Shown here: piece after piece, positions 9,571 to 19,867 of the stretch | How positions within the stretch are numbered: the first letter of the stretch is position 1 | Layout of the letters: every line of letters begins with the position of its first letter | Position numbers and translations under genes: made by a program | Source of the DNA: Candidatus Limisoma sp. | GTDB lineage: Bacteria > Bacteroidota > Bacteroidia > Bacteroidales > Muribaculaceae | DNA: 64,000 nucleotides | Assembly (NCBI GenBank): GCA_051872155.1 | Contig: JBJEDO010000024.1 | Location: 3,542 to 67,541, forward strand | Direction of reading: 5' to 3' | Notes under the pieces: model-generated | Database searches by the model: none | Told to the model about the DNA's origin: nothing | What the model saw: only the letters and a program-made list of their open reading frames with translations

Positions 9571-11142
9571 ATGCGACTTTACAAATATCTGCAAAATCCA
9601 ATAATGGCGCTTTGCCTTGCAGGGCTGTTAAGCTGTAGCGACGACAAAGACATTATTAACAACGACAATCAAGAGGCTACAACCTACATTAGCCTTATCA
9701 TTAACGCACCGTCGCAAACGCGGTCGAACGCATACATCGACGGCGAAGAAGAGGGTATCCGACACGAGAACGAGATAAAAAATCTCTCGCTATTCTTCTA
9801 CCACGCCGGCGATAAAGGCTTGGATATGCCCGACGACACCGAACTGGTCGGTTCGCTCTATATCGACGACCTGAATCTTGAACTCGTTGACGGCGCAGCC
9901 GCCACTAAGGCTTATCCGCTCAACGGATTCATCCCGACCGTAGGCGACAAGATTATTGCCATTGCCAATATGGGCGACATCACCGCGCTGAACCGCCTCG
10001 CCGACGTGCGCGACTACCTCGTCGAAAACACTTACAAATACGCATCTTCGATTCCGCTTTACAGCGAATTTACGATGGCGAATGCACTCAACACCGACGA
10101 CGACGGCAAAGTGGAAGTAATTTCCGAAACAGGCACGAAACTCGGTAGCAAAGAAAATCCCTACACAGCAACCGTAACACTCGAACGCACGGCAGCTCGC
10201 ATCGACTTCGCCTTCGTCGACACTTACTACAACGAATCGAAAAGCGAGGTCGTTTTTCCCGTTCGCAACTCGGTGAATGCAACGATTGCACGGACGCATA
10301 TAACACACGTGCTGCCCGTCAACGCAATGCAAAAGCCCGCATACTTGATTCGCCGCGTGTCGTCGAGTGCAACGTCGCTCCAAGACGTCAAATATTGCGG
10401 CGACGAGACCGGTAGCAACTACGTAATCGAGCCGACAACCCTGCTAAAAGCCACTTCCGCCGGCATCGACATTAACAACTGGTACGGCACGACTCGCGCA
10501 AGCTATTTCCGCGACTCATACACAGGCATTTTCACCACATCCAACAGCCTCGCATCGCTCCTCAGCGCAGAGGCTCCTCAAAGTTTCTCGTCAGCCAACA
10601 CCAACGACAACCGATACGTAACAATCGACTACGTCAACGAGAATACACAGTCGGAAACGCTTAACGACTCGCGTTTCCTCACCGGACTCGCCATTCGCGC
10701 AATCTATGAGCCCGAGACCGTCTACACCGACGGCGATGCCACAATCGTCGACGCCGACGACTACTCCACAGGGCGCACATTCTGGCGCTACAGCCCGTCG
10801 CGTCAAGACTTTGCCGAAGAGCAATGCTTCTACTTCAACAATCAGGCAGCTGCCGAAACCTACCGAGCAAACCACCCCGAAGACGTAGCGGAAATCACCT
10901 GCTACGAAGGCGGTATTTGCTACTACAACATGTGGATTCACCATACTCCGACAGTGGCATCCGACCCGCAGGAAACATACCCGATGGACTACGCAATCGT
11001 TCGCAACAACATCTACCGCGTCAGCGTGTCGTTCACCGGTTCCGGCGACCCGAAGCCCGACATGAGAGAGCCGAACAACATCCAGTCGCGTGTTTTCGTC
11101 CGCGCTTGGAACTTCCGTCAACAGCCTACTATAATAATGTAA
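9571..11142 (+). CDS. Type V pilin-family (FimA/Mfa1-like fimbrillin) lipoprotein, probable stalk-type subunit
   Basis: Lipobox LAGLLSC (Cys22). Arg51 (APSQTR/SNAY) sits where type V pilins are proteolytically matured. 'NEIKNLSLFFY' and 'TVTLERTAARIDFAF' resemble fimbrillin core strands. Confidence 0.7.
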   Translation: MRLYKYLQNPIMALCLAGLLSCSDDKDIINNDNQEATTYISLIINAPSQTRSNAYIDGEEEGIRHENEIKNLSLFFYHAGDKGLDMPDDTELVGSLYIDDLNLELVDGAAATKAYPLNGFIPTVGDKIIAIANMGDITALNRLADVRDYLVENTYKYASSIPLYSEFTMANALNTDDDGKVEVISETGTKLGSKENPYTATVTLERTAARIDFAFVDTYYNESKSEVVFPVRNSVNATIARTHITHVLPVNAMQKPAYLIRRVSSSATSLQDVKYCGDETGSNYVIEPTTLLKATSAGIDINNWYGTTRASYFRDSYTGIFTTSNSLASLLSAEAPQSFSSANTNDNRYVTIDYVNENTQSETLNDSRFLTGLAIRAIYEPETVYTDGDATIVDADDYSTGRTFWRYSPSRQDFAEEQCFYFNNQAAAETYRANHPEDVAEITCYEGGICYYNMWIHHTPTVASDPQETYPMDYAIVRNNIYRVSVSFTGSGDPKPDMREPNNIQSRVFVRAWNFRQQPTIIM

Positions 11143-11152
11143 TACAGTCATT

Positions 11153-12430
11153 ATGAACAAATCATATATATTTGCAGCTCTTGCTGCAGCTGCACTATTA
11201 CCGCTGACTGCGTGCCACGACGACGCACCCGGCGAACCGACATCCGGCGAATCGCAGGAATTTACCATCTCGACCAAGCCCATCACAGCAAACGAGGTGG
11301 TTGGTAACGACTACGAAAACATCAATAATTGGAAACTGATTTTCGTCGACAAAACAGGCAAAATAGCCGCTATCGTCGACCGCGACCCAAGCAAAACGGA
11401 TGCCGTAACCGAAGAAACATTCCGCACCGAACTCCCGGCAGGAACATACACCGTTTACGCTTTCGCAAATACGGGAGATTGGTTCAATGACCTTTACGGA
11501 ATCAGTAGCCTCGCTATCGGCGGAACTCTTCCGACAGGCTTCGACAGTATGGAATACGGTGCCGGAGCAGGCTGGGAAACAGGGCTAAAACTACCGATGA
11601 CAGGCAAAAAGAACGTGACAATTACAAATCGCGTCAACGAGCCTTTCAACATCGAAGTGGTGCGACTTTACGCAAAGTTGCAATTCGAGGTGACCAACAA
11701 ATCGACAAAAACGGTCACGCTCAACAACATAGAGATTTCGCCAATGGCGAAGGGACCAATTCCGATGTTCCCCGACTATAGCAATCTCGGCGATGCTCCC
11801 TCAACATCGCTCGACGGAACTACCTACACAACAGTAAAAATTGACCACAACCAGGCTATTACAGCAGAAGCTACCAAACTATACGGATACGTTCGCGAAG
11901 GCTTTGCCTCGTCGCACCCCACCGGCCGCTACGTCATCAAAGTGTCGATTACGCGCGATGGAAAAGCCGAAGAACTCCTCTACGCGCTAACCCACGAACT
12001 TACTTACATCAATCGCAACGACTGGATTAACATCCCCATCGTAATCACCGACTATAACCTCTCTATCGACGTCAACTTCTATCCGCCGATTGGTGGATAT
12101 CCCGCTGTGGTTAAAGAAGTTAAGAACGAAGAATACTACATAAAATTCGGCACCGAAGGTCGATTTGCCATCACTCCGCATATGTATGATGCCGCCAACG
12201 ACGGTGAAGTGCACACCAACAAGCAAATTTCGGCAAAAATCAAATCAATCAGCGACCCCAACGGCATTTTTGCCACCAATCCGGCATTCGACGCCACGAC
12301 AAACGAAATTATCGGCGACCTTAACAGCAACACAGGAACCGCCGTGGTTACGCTATCTTTCACCATCAAGCAAACCGACATGGTTGAATTTACCTACGAA
12401 CGTATGCTTTTCATTATCCGCGAAAACTAA
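11153..12430 (+). CDS. Fimbrillin-family lipoprotein (Mfa2/FimB-like anchor or accessory subunit)
   Basis: Lipobox LPLTAC. 'FNIEVVRLYAKLQFEV' is a fimbrillin-like strand. No early Arg maturation site, as expected for anchor-type subunits. Lies 10 nt after the previous gene. Confidence 0.6.
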   Translation: MNKSYIFAALAAAALLPLTACHDDAPGEPTSGESQEFTISTKPITANEVVGNDYENINNWKLIFVDKTGKIAAIVDRDPSKTDAVTEETFRTELPAGTYTVYAFANTGDWFNDLYGISSLAIGGTLPTGFDSMEYGAGAGWETGLKLPMTGKKNVTITNRVNEPFNIEVVRLYAKLQFEVTNKSTKTVTLNNIEISPMAKGPIPMFPDYSNLGDAPSTSLDGTTYTTVKIDHNQAITAEATKLYGYVREGFASSHPTGRYVIKVSITRDGKAEELLYALTHELTYINRNDWINIPIVITDYNLSIDVNFYPPIGGYPAVVKEVKNEEYYIKFGTEGRFAITPHMYDAANDGEVHTNKQISAKIKSISDPNGIFATNPAFDATTNEIIGDLNSNTGTAVVTLSFTIKQTDMVEFTYERMLFIIREN

Positions 12431-12436
12431 ACGACT

Positions 12437-15400
12437 ATGAAGAATAGGACTAATATATTTGGGAGAATGCTGTTAGTCGTAGCAACCGCTACGGCTTCAA
12501 CACTATACGCATCAGCCTCCGACGAAGTATCGGTTACACCACTCATCACCTCCGCCGGACAATTCAGCAGTAATGCTTCCGACTCGAGTGAAGGCACAAA
12601 CTTCAACAACCTCATCGACAACGATGTCACAACGTTCTGGCAGTCGAACTGGCACAGCGACAACACGTCGATTTCGTCGGCTCACTATCTGCAAGTAAAT
12701 CTCAACAAAACCATAACCGACGAGTTTATCTACGCCTACACGCAGCGCCGCGAATATTCCGCCGCGCAAAACCCGTTGCGCCTCCGCGTAGAAGGTAGTT
12801 TGAACGGCTCGACTTGGACATATATCACAACGGCGACTTTCGGCAACGATTCGCCAACGTCGAAAGCGGTATCTAACCCGCTCTACATCAACGGCTCCTA
12901 CAACCAATTGCGCTTCATCATCGAGCAAACTACCAATAATGAAACTTGCAACGGTTACAAATACTGGGGAATGTCGGAATTTCAAATTCTCGAGCCGTCG
13001 GGCTACAGTTCGAAGTACAGCCAATATTCGTTCCAACACACTCGCGGTATAATCGACGAACGCAACCGCCATTTCTCCGGCGTAAACCTCCAAAATTGGT
13101 GCGACTACTCCGGCTGGGACAGCAACGGTAACTGGACACGCGACACCGACAAACTCGCCGCCGACGGCATTACCATTCCGAGTTACGACTACTTCACCTC
13201 GGCTGACGACCCGCGAATCAAGTCAGGCACACGTCAAGCCGCTCACGTTCAAGAACATACCGTATATGCCATCCCAGGCGACATCGTATTGCTATACCCG
13301 TTCTCAGACTTCAGATGGCAAAAGGCTTATCACCAAAATTTCGTTCGCTGGTACGACTATGAGACCGACGCGGCAAGCGAATACGTCGACTGCGTTTCTT
13401 ACCCCGAACGCGTCAGCAAAACCAACTATGGTATAATTGCCGGTAAAGCGGTGTCGACAAATCCGGCACTCGACTACGACTTCGAAGTGAATACGCCCAC
13501 CGACTTGGTCGAATTGGCACGTCTCGTCAACGATGAACACAAAACCAATCTGCGCGTAAAGCAGAACTCCGACATCGACATGAGCGGCGTTTCGTTTACC
13601 CCTATCGGCATCTATAACGAATACCCGTTCCGCGGAACCTATAACGGAAACGGTCACATCATCAAAAACCTTACAATCGACTTGGGTTGGGATTTCGTAG
13701 GTATGTTCGGCCGTATTGGTCGAGCCGGCGAAGTCAAAAACCTTATCCTCGACAATTGTAACATTAAAGGAAATTCCTATGTCGGTTCGATTGCCGGCGG
13801 CTACTACGACCCGACACAAACCGACCATTGGGCAATGATTCAATCGTGTGCCGTCTTTGGTACGGTTACCGGAACCGGAACAAATGTCGGCGGCCTTATC
13901 GGCTGTGCGGCTTACGATTGCAACCCGTCGTTCAGTTTTGCCGCCAATGTTGTCGGCTGCAACGTCAGCGGCGGTAGCGAAAGTGCACAGTTGTCAGGCT
14001 GGTTGGGTGCTTACAGCAAAGTCGAATGCTGCTACTGTACGGGCACTGTGTCGGGTAACGACTCGGGCATCTACTTCGCTCGTCATGCAAGCAGCTCTTT
14101 CAGCGACTGCTACACAACCTACAGCCAACCCGACTTCGGGCTTGTGCCTGCCGACCGCAACAGTGCCGATTTTTGCACAAAACTGAATGCCACCTACCCC
14201 GCAGACAACCGTTGGAAAACAAACGACACTTGGGGAATGTGTATGCCGCGAGTTTGGTGGTCATCGGTTGAAGACGAAGGTCAGGACGTAAAATACGGCG
14301 CTATCGCTTCGTTCTACTGCCCTGAAACCGAAGACTTCGACGACAAATACATCGCTTGCGATTTAAGCCAAACATATTGGGAATATTACAACCTCGACAC
14401 CGGCACCAATACGCTCTACGAGCCGGCTATCGCAGGTCGACACATCTTCCACGTCAAAAACGGCAAAACTTTCGCCAATGAATTCTCAGGAACAACGGAG
14501 AATAACAAGAAATACGTCAAGGAGCATAAACGCTACATCACGGCTCGAGCAGGTGTTCCTTTCCAAGTGCGACTCGACTTCCCCATGCCTTTGGAGAAAG
14601 ACGGCAAAACCGGCAAGTCAGGGCTCTACTACAAAGCATCCGACGGCTCTTACAAGAGTGTTTACGGCTATGAAATACGTTCGTACAACGTGACTTACGG
14701 AACAGAAATTCCGGTTGCCAACTTTATGGGTTATACCGGTGAATATGGAGGCTACGGCGACCGCTCAATCTACGGCGTAGAAGCGCCTTGCGCTGATGCA
14801 GGAACGTCTTTCGCTCGCACAATTACGGCACCGGCCGACAAAGCGCAAAAAGGTTGCTATCTCGTTCGCCTCTACGGCAAAGATGCCGACGGCAACGTAA
14901 TCAACATCGCCGGAACGAGCGAAGAACTCGTCATTGCGGAATACGAAATCGAATTTGTCGACAACGAAAAGGCTTCGTTCATTCCCGATACGGAATACAA
15001 CAACAATGAGGCTTTCAAATATCATCGCGCCGACTATCTTGAAAGCCGATACGGCGCACCGGTAGCCAAAATCGACTACGACGAATATCGTCTGCTTGAG
15101 AATGCCGACGGAACCGACAACAACTACATTGCCAACGAAAAATACAATGTATATACAATGTCGCCGGAGAATTCCAAGATATTCAAATGGCCGGTTCCTT
15201 GGCAACAGAACTCATATATGTTCGGCTACAATGACCGCTTCGACTACTCGATGTATATGATTGCCAATCACTGCGTTGCTACGCCATATCGTGCTGCTGC
15301 CGAGCGATTCCCGGCTTCGGAAAACTTCGGCAAGCAGGCAGGTCTCTACGACCGCTTGTTCTACGAAACAAAAGGCGAACAACAAGGCTATTTCTACTAC

Positions 15401-18400
15401 ACCAACGCTGCCGCCGACCCGGGTGTGACGGCTAACTTGGACATCGACGACCTTTGCACCGGTAGTACACTTTTCGTGTCGGCTTGGGTTGCCGAATTCT
15501 CTGACGATATTGAAGTTGCAAACCTTATCCTCAACTTTAAGGCGGTGCTGAAGAACGGTGAAGAACGAACCCTCAACAGTTTCGTAACAGGTTATATCGA
15601 CGACAATGCCGCCGTACGACCAAGTCTCGGTCGCTGGATTCACATCTACTACTCATTCATTCCGAATCTCGCGGAACTTGGCATTACATCCGACGACATC
15701 GCTTCCTATCGACTTTCGCTCGAAAACAACTGTACTTCGTCGTATGGCGCCGACTATGCTATCGACGACATCCGCGTGTGGGTTTCCAAGCCGCAAGTAT
15801 CCGCGAGCCAAACCTCGCCGCTCTGCGACTGCACGACAACGGTCGACATCAAAATCGAGTCGCCGTTTGCGATGCTGCTCTCTACACTCGGTTTGAGTGA
15901 GGCGGCAACTGCCGACCTGGGCAAAACAATTAACTGCTACTACACGGTCTTGGACAAAGACAAATATATCGAAGTGATGCGTAGCGGCACAGGCAAAAGC
16001 GTCGAAGCCTTTAACAAAGCCGTGCTCCATTATGAATATAATCAAGGTCAAGGCACAGACCAAACATTCGGCAAGGTTACATTCAACACATTCTACACCA
16101 ACAACCCCGAATTCGACCAAAGCACTTTAGACCCGACAAGAGCCTCAGTCGAAACAGTCGACGGCGAGCGTATGATTGTCATCAGCGCATTCCCGACCGA
16201 CAACGGGCTCATTGCCGGAAAAGAATACATCCTCGCGCTCTACACCGAGGAAGACAACGGCGCTGAAGCTTCGCCCGGTGCTTACGAATTCGACATCGCC
16301 GGCGAATGTGCCAAAGTTTGTACTTATCGAATCCGTACATCCGAAACTATCAAGATAAACGGTGTCGTCCAACCCGACCAAAACAACATCACTTGCTGCA
16401 AGAATCAATCGCCCGTCGTTCAAATCGACCTTTGGGGTACGAAAACCGACGGCTCCGGCGAAATGGTTGAAGTAGAAAAGAATGCTCACATGGACTGGTA
16501 CGACGGTCACTTGGAAGCATTTAACGCTGAAACAGACAACAACGGCAACTACCTCAGCTACGTGTTGCTCAAGTTCCGCGGAGAATATCCCGAGGCAACT
16601 TCTGCCGACGTCGAAGCAAAAGGCGAATACACTGAAGAATTTAGAAATTATCTCATTGAAATGACGTCGGTAAGAACCGTCGACGGCAAAGAAGTGGCGC
16701 CGAAAGTGTTGCTCTATCAATCGTCGTACGTCTTTTCGCCCGTCGAAGTGCCCGACGACGAATATAACGCATACGCTTACGCTACGGCTATTCCAATCAA
16801 CAAGGACTATCCGGGCAAGAAAGTCTGCACATCGCCCGCCGAGATACGTCTCAGCGTTTGCAACAATTCGCCCGAAATGACTCACGGATTCCGCGACGGC
16901 ATAACATATCCCGATTGGATGGACGACGTGCCTCTTCGCATCGGTCTCAACCAACTCAAAAGCGTATCTGCCGACAAGAGTTCGGCATCGTCTGCGAGCG
17001 TCGTGCTCAACATCCCGATACGCCGCGTTGTGCCCGCTACAACAGGCATCACAAGCCTCACAGTCAGCGACGACCCGTCGGTTTATCTTGCCGAAACAAA
17101 CGACCCGAACTACAAAAACCTTCAATATTCCGCTGACGACAGCAGCGAGAGCGGATTGGCTGCAATCGGTCTCGTGCGCAACATCGTTGCCGCTAAAGAC
17201 GGCTCGGCGAACATCATGCGCATCGTGTTCCACAAAGACTTCACCTTCCGCGAAGGCTACTACTACCGCATGAAGTTCGGATTCGTCGAAAATACGGAAG
17301 GCTCCGGCGTTAGCGCCGACAAAACTGTCTGCGACGGCGAACTCGTATTCACCATCAAAGTCGTGCCGGAATATCAAAAATGGACCGGCACTGCGAACAC
17401 CAACTGGAACAACGACGAAAACTGGAGCCGCGTAACTTCAGCAGAACTCTATCGCAACTCGTCTGCCGACGACGAATTTACCACCGACGGAGCAAACGAC
17501 AACGCATTCTGCTACGCTCCGCTCGACTTCACGAAAGTGGTAATGCCCGCCGGCGAGACCTACCCGAATATGTACGCTCCCGCAACGTCGAGCATCACCG
17601 TCAGCGCCGACGGAACTTCGTCGACCTACGATTGGGCTTCCGACCCGTCGGTAACCGCCGAAGGAACACGTCCTGCCGGCGACGCTACCGAACACGTTCA
17701 ATTCGATATGGCAGCAACGGGCGTCGACAACGGCGTCGGATGCCGCCCCTGGTATGCAAATACCTGCGACCAAATCAACTTTACGCCAAATTCGGAAATC
17801 CTCAACCAGCAACACCTCACTTACAATCGCGCTTGGGTTGAGATGAAGATGGCGCCGTCTCGCTGGTACACCCTCAGTTCTCCGCTACAGGGCACCCCGG
17901 CTGGCGATATGTATTTGCCCACCGACGGTGCTCAACAGCTCACGGAACTGTTCCGCCCCATCACGTTCAGCTACGGCACATACAACCGCTTTGCTCCTGC
18001 CGTTTACCAACGCGCTTGGAACAAATCGTCGGCTACCGTCGTTGAACTCTCAGGCTCGAGAAACGTGGCTGTTCGCTCAACGTGGAGTAACGTCTACAAC
18101 GACGTCGACGAACGTTACAGCGCCGGCAACGGTTTCTCGATAAAAACCGACGTAAGCCGTGCCACCAACACCGGAGCAAACGTACTGTTCCGCTTGCCGA
18201 AAGACGACACTTCGTATTCATACTACAACCAAGACGGCAGCCAAGTTGGCAATTCAACGGCTATTGCTCGCATAAACTCATACCGCCTCAACAATACTCA
18301 CCGAAGCGTTACAATCAATGCCGCCGCTCCGAGCAAATACTTCTTGGTTGGCAATCCGTTTATGGCTCACATCGATATGAAGAAATTCCTCGAAGCCAAC

Positions 18401-19300
18401 TCGTCGGAAATCAACGCAAAATATTGGGTTATGACGTCCGACGGTCAAGCAACGGCAATCATGGACCCGACAACCGGCGGATTTGTAGGCACAATCGACG
18501 CTGCGTCGACTCTGCCTCCGATGCAAGGATTCTTCGTTGAAGCAAAAACGCCGCAATCGTCTATCACGTTGAACTACGACGAAACCATGTTGACCGTTGT
18601 GCCATACGACAAAACGAAAGGCGACCTGCTCCGCAAACCGGCAGCATCGACCGACAGCGAAACACGCGCCATCGACGAGCCTTATGCACTCCGCATCACG
18701 GCAATTCGCGGTGAGAGCGAGCAAACTCAATCGCTTCTCCGCATCGAGCCGGCGGCAACTGCCGACTACGACGAATCGGAAGACGTGGCACTGCTCGACG
18801 ACAGCAACTTCGACAACGTGGCACGCGTCTACACCATTGCAGGCAACACCGCTACGTCAATCAACACCCTACCCGACCTCGAAGGCACCGAAATCGGCGT
18901 ACTTGCCAACGACAACGAGCCGACCGTGCTTCGTTTCAACGGCATCGGTTCGATGGGAATTATGCTCTACGACGCCGAAACCGACGAATACACCAAGGTT
19001 ACCGAAGATATGGAGTACAAGGTTAACGGCAACGTAAGCAACCGTCTGTTCCTCACAACGGGCACGACGTCGGGCGCGGTTGCCGGACTCCGCATAACCG
19101 TCGAAGGTCGCAACGTGACCGTGGTTGACGCTAACGGCAGCAACCGAATCGCAGCTAACGTATTCGACACCTTAGGCAGATTGGTTAAGACGGAAAGCGC
19201 CGACGCCAACGCGATTACGTTCACGCTTGCCGAAGGAATGTATATTGTCGACGCAATGTCGGACAACAGCAAAGTTCACAAAAAGGTGATTATCAAATAA
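12437..19300 (+). CDS. 2,287-aa secreted adhesin-like protein: F5/8 type C (discoidin) domain, GLUG-motif region, ~1,500 aa unassigned, T9SS C-terminal sorting domain
   Basis: Signal peptide MKNRTNIFGRMLLVVATATAS. 'NLIDNDVTTFWQSNWH...SEFQILE' is discoidin-like. 'FRGTYNGNGHIIKNL...VGSIAGG...VGGLIGC' is GLUG-like. The tail RITVEGRNVTVVDANG...FDTLGRLV...GMYIVDAM...KKVIIK resembles a T9SS sorting tail. Confidence 0.85.
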   Translation: MKNRTNIFGRMLLVVATATASTLYASASDEVSVTPLITSAGQFSSNASDSSEGTNFNNLIDNDVTTFWQSNWHSDNTSISSAHYLQVNLNKTITDEFIYAYTQRREYSAAQNPLRLRVEGSLNGSTWTYITTATFGNDSPTSKAVSNPLYINGSYNQLRFIIEQTTNNETCNGYKYWGMSEFQILEPSGYSSKYSQYSFQHTRGIIDERNRHFSGVNLQNWCDYSGWDSNGNWTRDTDKLAADGITIPSYDYFTSADDPRIKSGTRQAAHVQEHTVYAIPGDIVLLYPFSDFRWQKAYHQNFVRWYDYETDAASEYVDCVSYPERVSKTNYGIIAGKAVSTNPALDYDFEVNTPTDLVELARLVNDEHKTNLRVKQNSDIDMSGVSFTPIGIYNEYPFRGTYNGNGHIIKNLTIDLGWDFVGMFGRIGRAGEVKNLILDNCNIKGNSYVGSIAGGYYDPTQTDHWAMIQSCAVFGTVTGTGTNVGGLIGCAAYDCNPSFSFAANVVGCNVSGGSESAQLSGWLGAYSKVECCYCTGTVSGNDSGIYFARHASSSFSDCYTTYSQPDFGLVPADRNSADFCTKLNATYPADNRWKTNDTWGMCMPRVWWSSVEDEGQDVKYGAIASFYCPETEDFDDKYIACDLSQTYWEYYNLDTGTNTLYEPAIAGRHIFHVKNGKTFANEFSGTTENNKKYVKEHKRYITARAGVPFQVRLDFPMPLEKDGKTGKSGLYYKASDGSYKSVYGYEIRSYNVTYGTEIPVANFMGYTGEYGGYGDRSIYGVEAPCADAGTSFARTITAPADKAQKGCYLVRLYGKDADGNVINIAGTSEELVIAEYEIEFVDNEKASFIPDTEYNNNEAFKYHRADYLESRYGAPVAKIDYDEYRLLENADGTDNNYIANEKYNVYTMSPENSKIFKWPVPWQQNSYMFGYNDRFDYSMYMIANHCVATPYRAAAERFPASENFGKQAGLYDRLFYETKGEQQGYFYYTNAAADPGVTANLDIDDLCTGSTLFVSAWVAEFSDDIEVANLILNFKAVLKNGEERTLNSFVTGYIDDNAAVRPSLGRWIHIYYSFIPNLAELGITSDDIASYRLSLENNCTSSYGADYAIDDIRVWVSKPQVSASQTSPLCDCTTTVDIKIESPFAMLLSTLGLSEAATADLGKTINCYYTVLDKDKYIEVMRSGTGKSVEAFNKAVLHYEYNQGQGTDQTFGKVTFNTFYTNNPEFDQSTLDPTRASVETVDGERMIVISAFPTDNGLIAGKEYILALYTEEDNGAEASPGAYEFDIAGECAKVCTYRIRTSETIKINGVVQPDQNNITCCKNQSPVVQIDLWGTKTDGSGEMVEVEKNAHMDWYDGHLEAFNAETDNNGNYLSYVLLKFRGEYPEATSADVEAKGEYTEEFRNYLIEMTSVRTVDGKEVAPKVLLYQSSYVFSPVEVPDDEYNAYAYATAIPINKDYPGKKVCTSPAEIRLSVCNNSPEMTHGFRDGITYPDWMDDVPLRIGLNQLKSVSADKSSASSASVVLNIPIRRVVPATTGITSLTVSDDPSVYLAETNDPNYKNLQYSADDSSESGLAAIGLVRNIVAAKDGSANIMRIVFHKDFTFREGYYYRMKFGFVENTEGSGVSADKTVCDGELVFTIKVVPEYQKWTGTANTNWNNDENWSRVTSAELYRNSSADDEFTTDGANDNAFCYAPLDFTKVVMPAGETYPNMYAPATSSITVSADGTSSTYDWASDPSVTAEGTRPAGDATEHVQFDMAATGVDNGVGCRPWYANTCDQINFTPNSEILNQQHLTYNRAWVEMKMAPSRWYTLSSPLQGTPAGDMYLPTDGAQQLTELFRPITFSYGTYNRFAPAVYQRAWNKSSATVVELSGSRNVAVRSTWSNVYNDVDERYSAGNGFSIKTDVSRATNTGANVLFRLPKDDTSYSYYNQDGSQVGNSTAIARINSYRLNNTHRSVTINAAAPSKYFLVGNPFMAHIDMKKFLEANSSEINAKYWVMTSDGQATAIMDPTTGGFVGTIDAASTLPPMQGFFVEAKTPQSSITLNYDETMLTVVPYDKTKGDLLRKPAASTDSETRAIDEPYALRITAIRGESEQTQSLLRIEPAATADYDESEDVALLDDSNFDNVARVYTIAGNTATSINTLPDLEGTEIGVLANDNEPTVLRFNGIGSMGIMLYDAETDEYTKVTEDMEYKVNGNVSNRLFLTTGTTSGAVAGLRITVEGRNVTVVDANGSNRIAANVFDTLGRLVKTESADANAITFTLAEGMYIVDAMSDNSKVHKKVIIK

Positions 19301-19740
19301 TGAAACGCATAACAAAATTGATAATATGCTCTGTGCTTGTGGCAATGCCCTTCATCGGCATTGCCGACGAGCCGGAAATCGGCGACGGACCGAAAATCGT
19401 GTTCGAAGCGACGTCGCAAGACCTCGGAAAATTCGACCGCGACTCAGTCCAAATGGCGACATTCCGTTTTCGCAACGAAGGCACTGCGCCGCTCGTCATT
19501 CAAGGCATTTCCGGAGGCTGCCGCTGCACTACCGCTCGCAATTGGACAAGAGATTCGGTTGCCCCGGGCGATACGGGCTTTATCGACGTTTCGTATAGCG
19601 GTTTCCGCCAACCGTCGGGCGACTTTCGCCGAGCAGTGACAGTTCGAACAAACGCCGTAAATTTCAAAAACGGCGTGGCGCGAATATTCATTACCGGACA
19701 CATCAACCGCGACGAAAACGAGCCGAACATAACTTTCTGA
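19300..19740 (+). CDS. DUF1573 domain protein (secreted, Ig-like beta-sandwich)
   Basis: 146 aa with a signal peptide. 'FEATSQDLGKF...FRFRNEGTAPLVIQGISGGCRCT...PGDTGFIDVSY' follows the DUF1573 pattern. The ATG shares its A with the TAA stop of the giant gene (TAATG). Confidence 0.7.
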   Translation: MKRITKLIICSVLVAMPFIGIADEPEIGDGPKIVFEATSQDLGKFDRDSVQMATFRFRNEGTAPLVIQGISGGCRCTTARNWTRDSVAPGDTGFIDVSYSGFRQPSGDFRRAVTVRTNAVNFKNGVARIFITGHINRDENEPNITF

Positions 19741-19773
19741 AATACCTTTTTTCATCTAAAAAAATATTTTTTT

Positions 19774-19803
19774 ACCGAACATCTTCGATTGTTCGGTTTT
19801 TTT
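19774..19803 (+). terminator. Rho-independent terminator ending the pilus-like operon
   Basis: ACCGAACA-tcttcgat-TGTTCGGT followed by TTTTTT. Confidence 0.75.
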
Positions 19804-19838
19804 GCAACAAATAATTTGGTTTGTATAGCAAATCTTTG

Positions 19839-19846
19839 TAAGTTTG
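19839..19846 (+). promoter_or_regulatory. -7 box (TAagTTTG), with TTTG 20 nt upstream
   Basis: TAnnTTTG lies 21 nt before ATG 19868. TTTG at 19815-19818 has -33-like spacing. Confidence 0.55.
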
Positions 19847-19867
19847 TGCCATAATTGGGTATCGACC

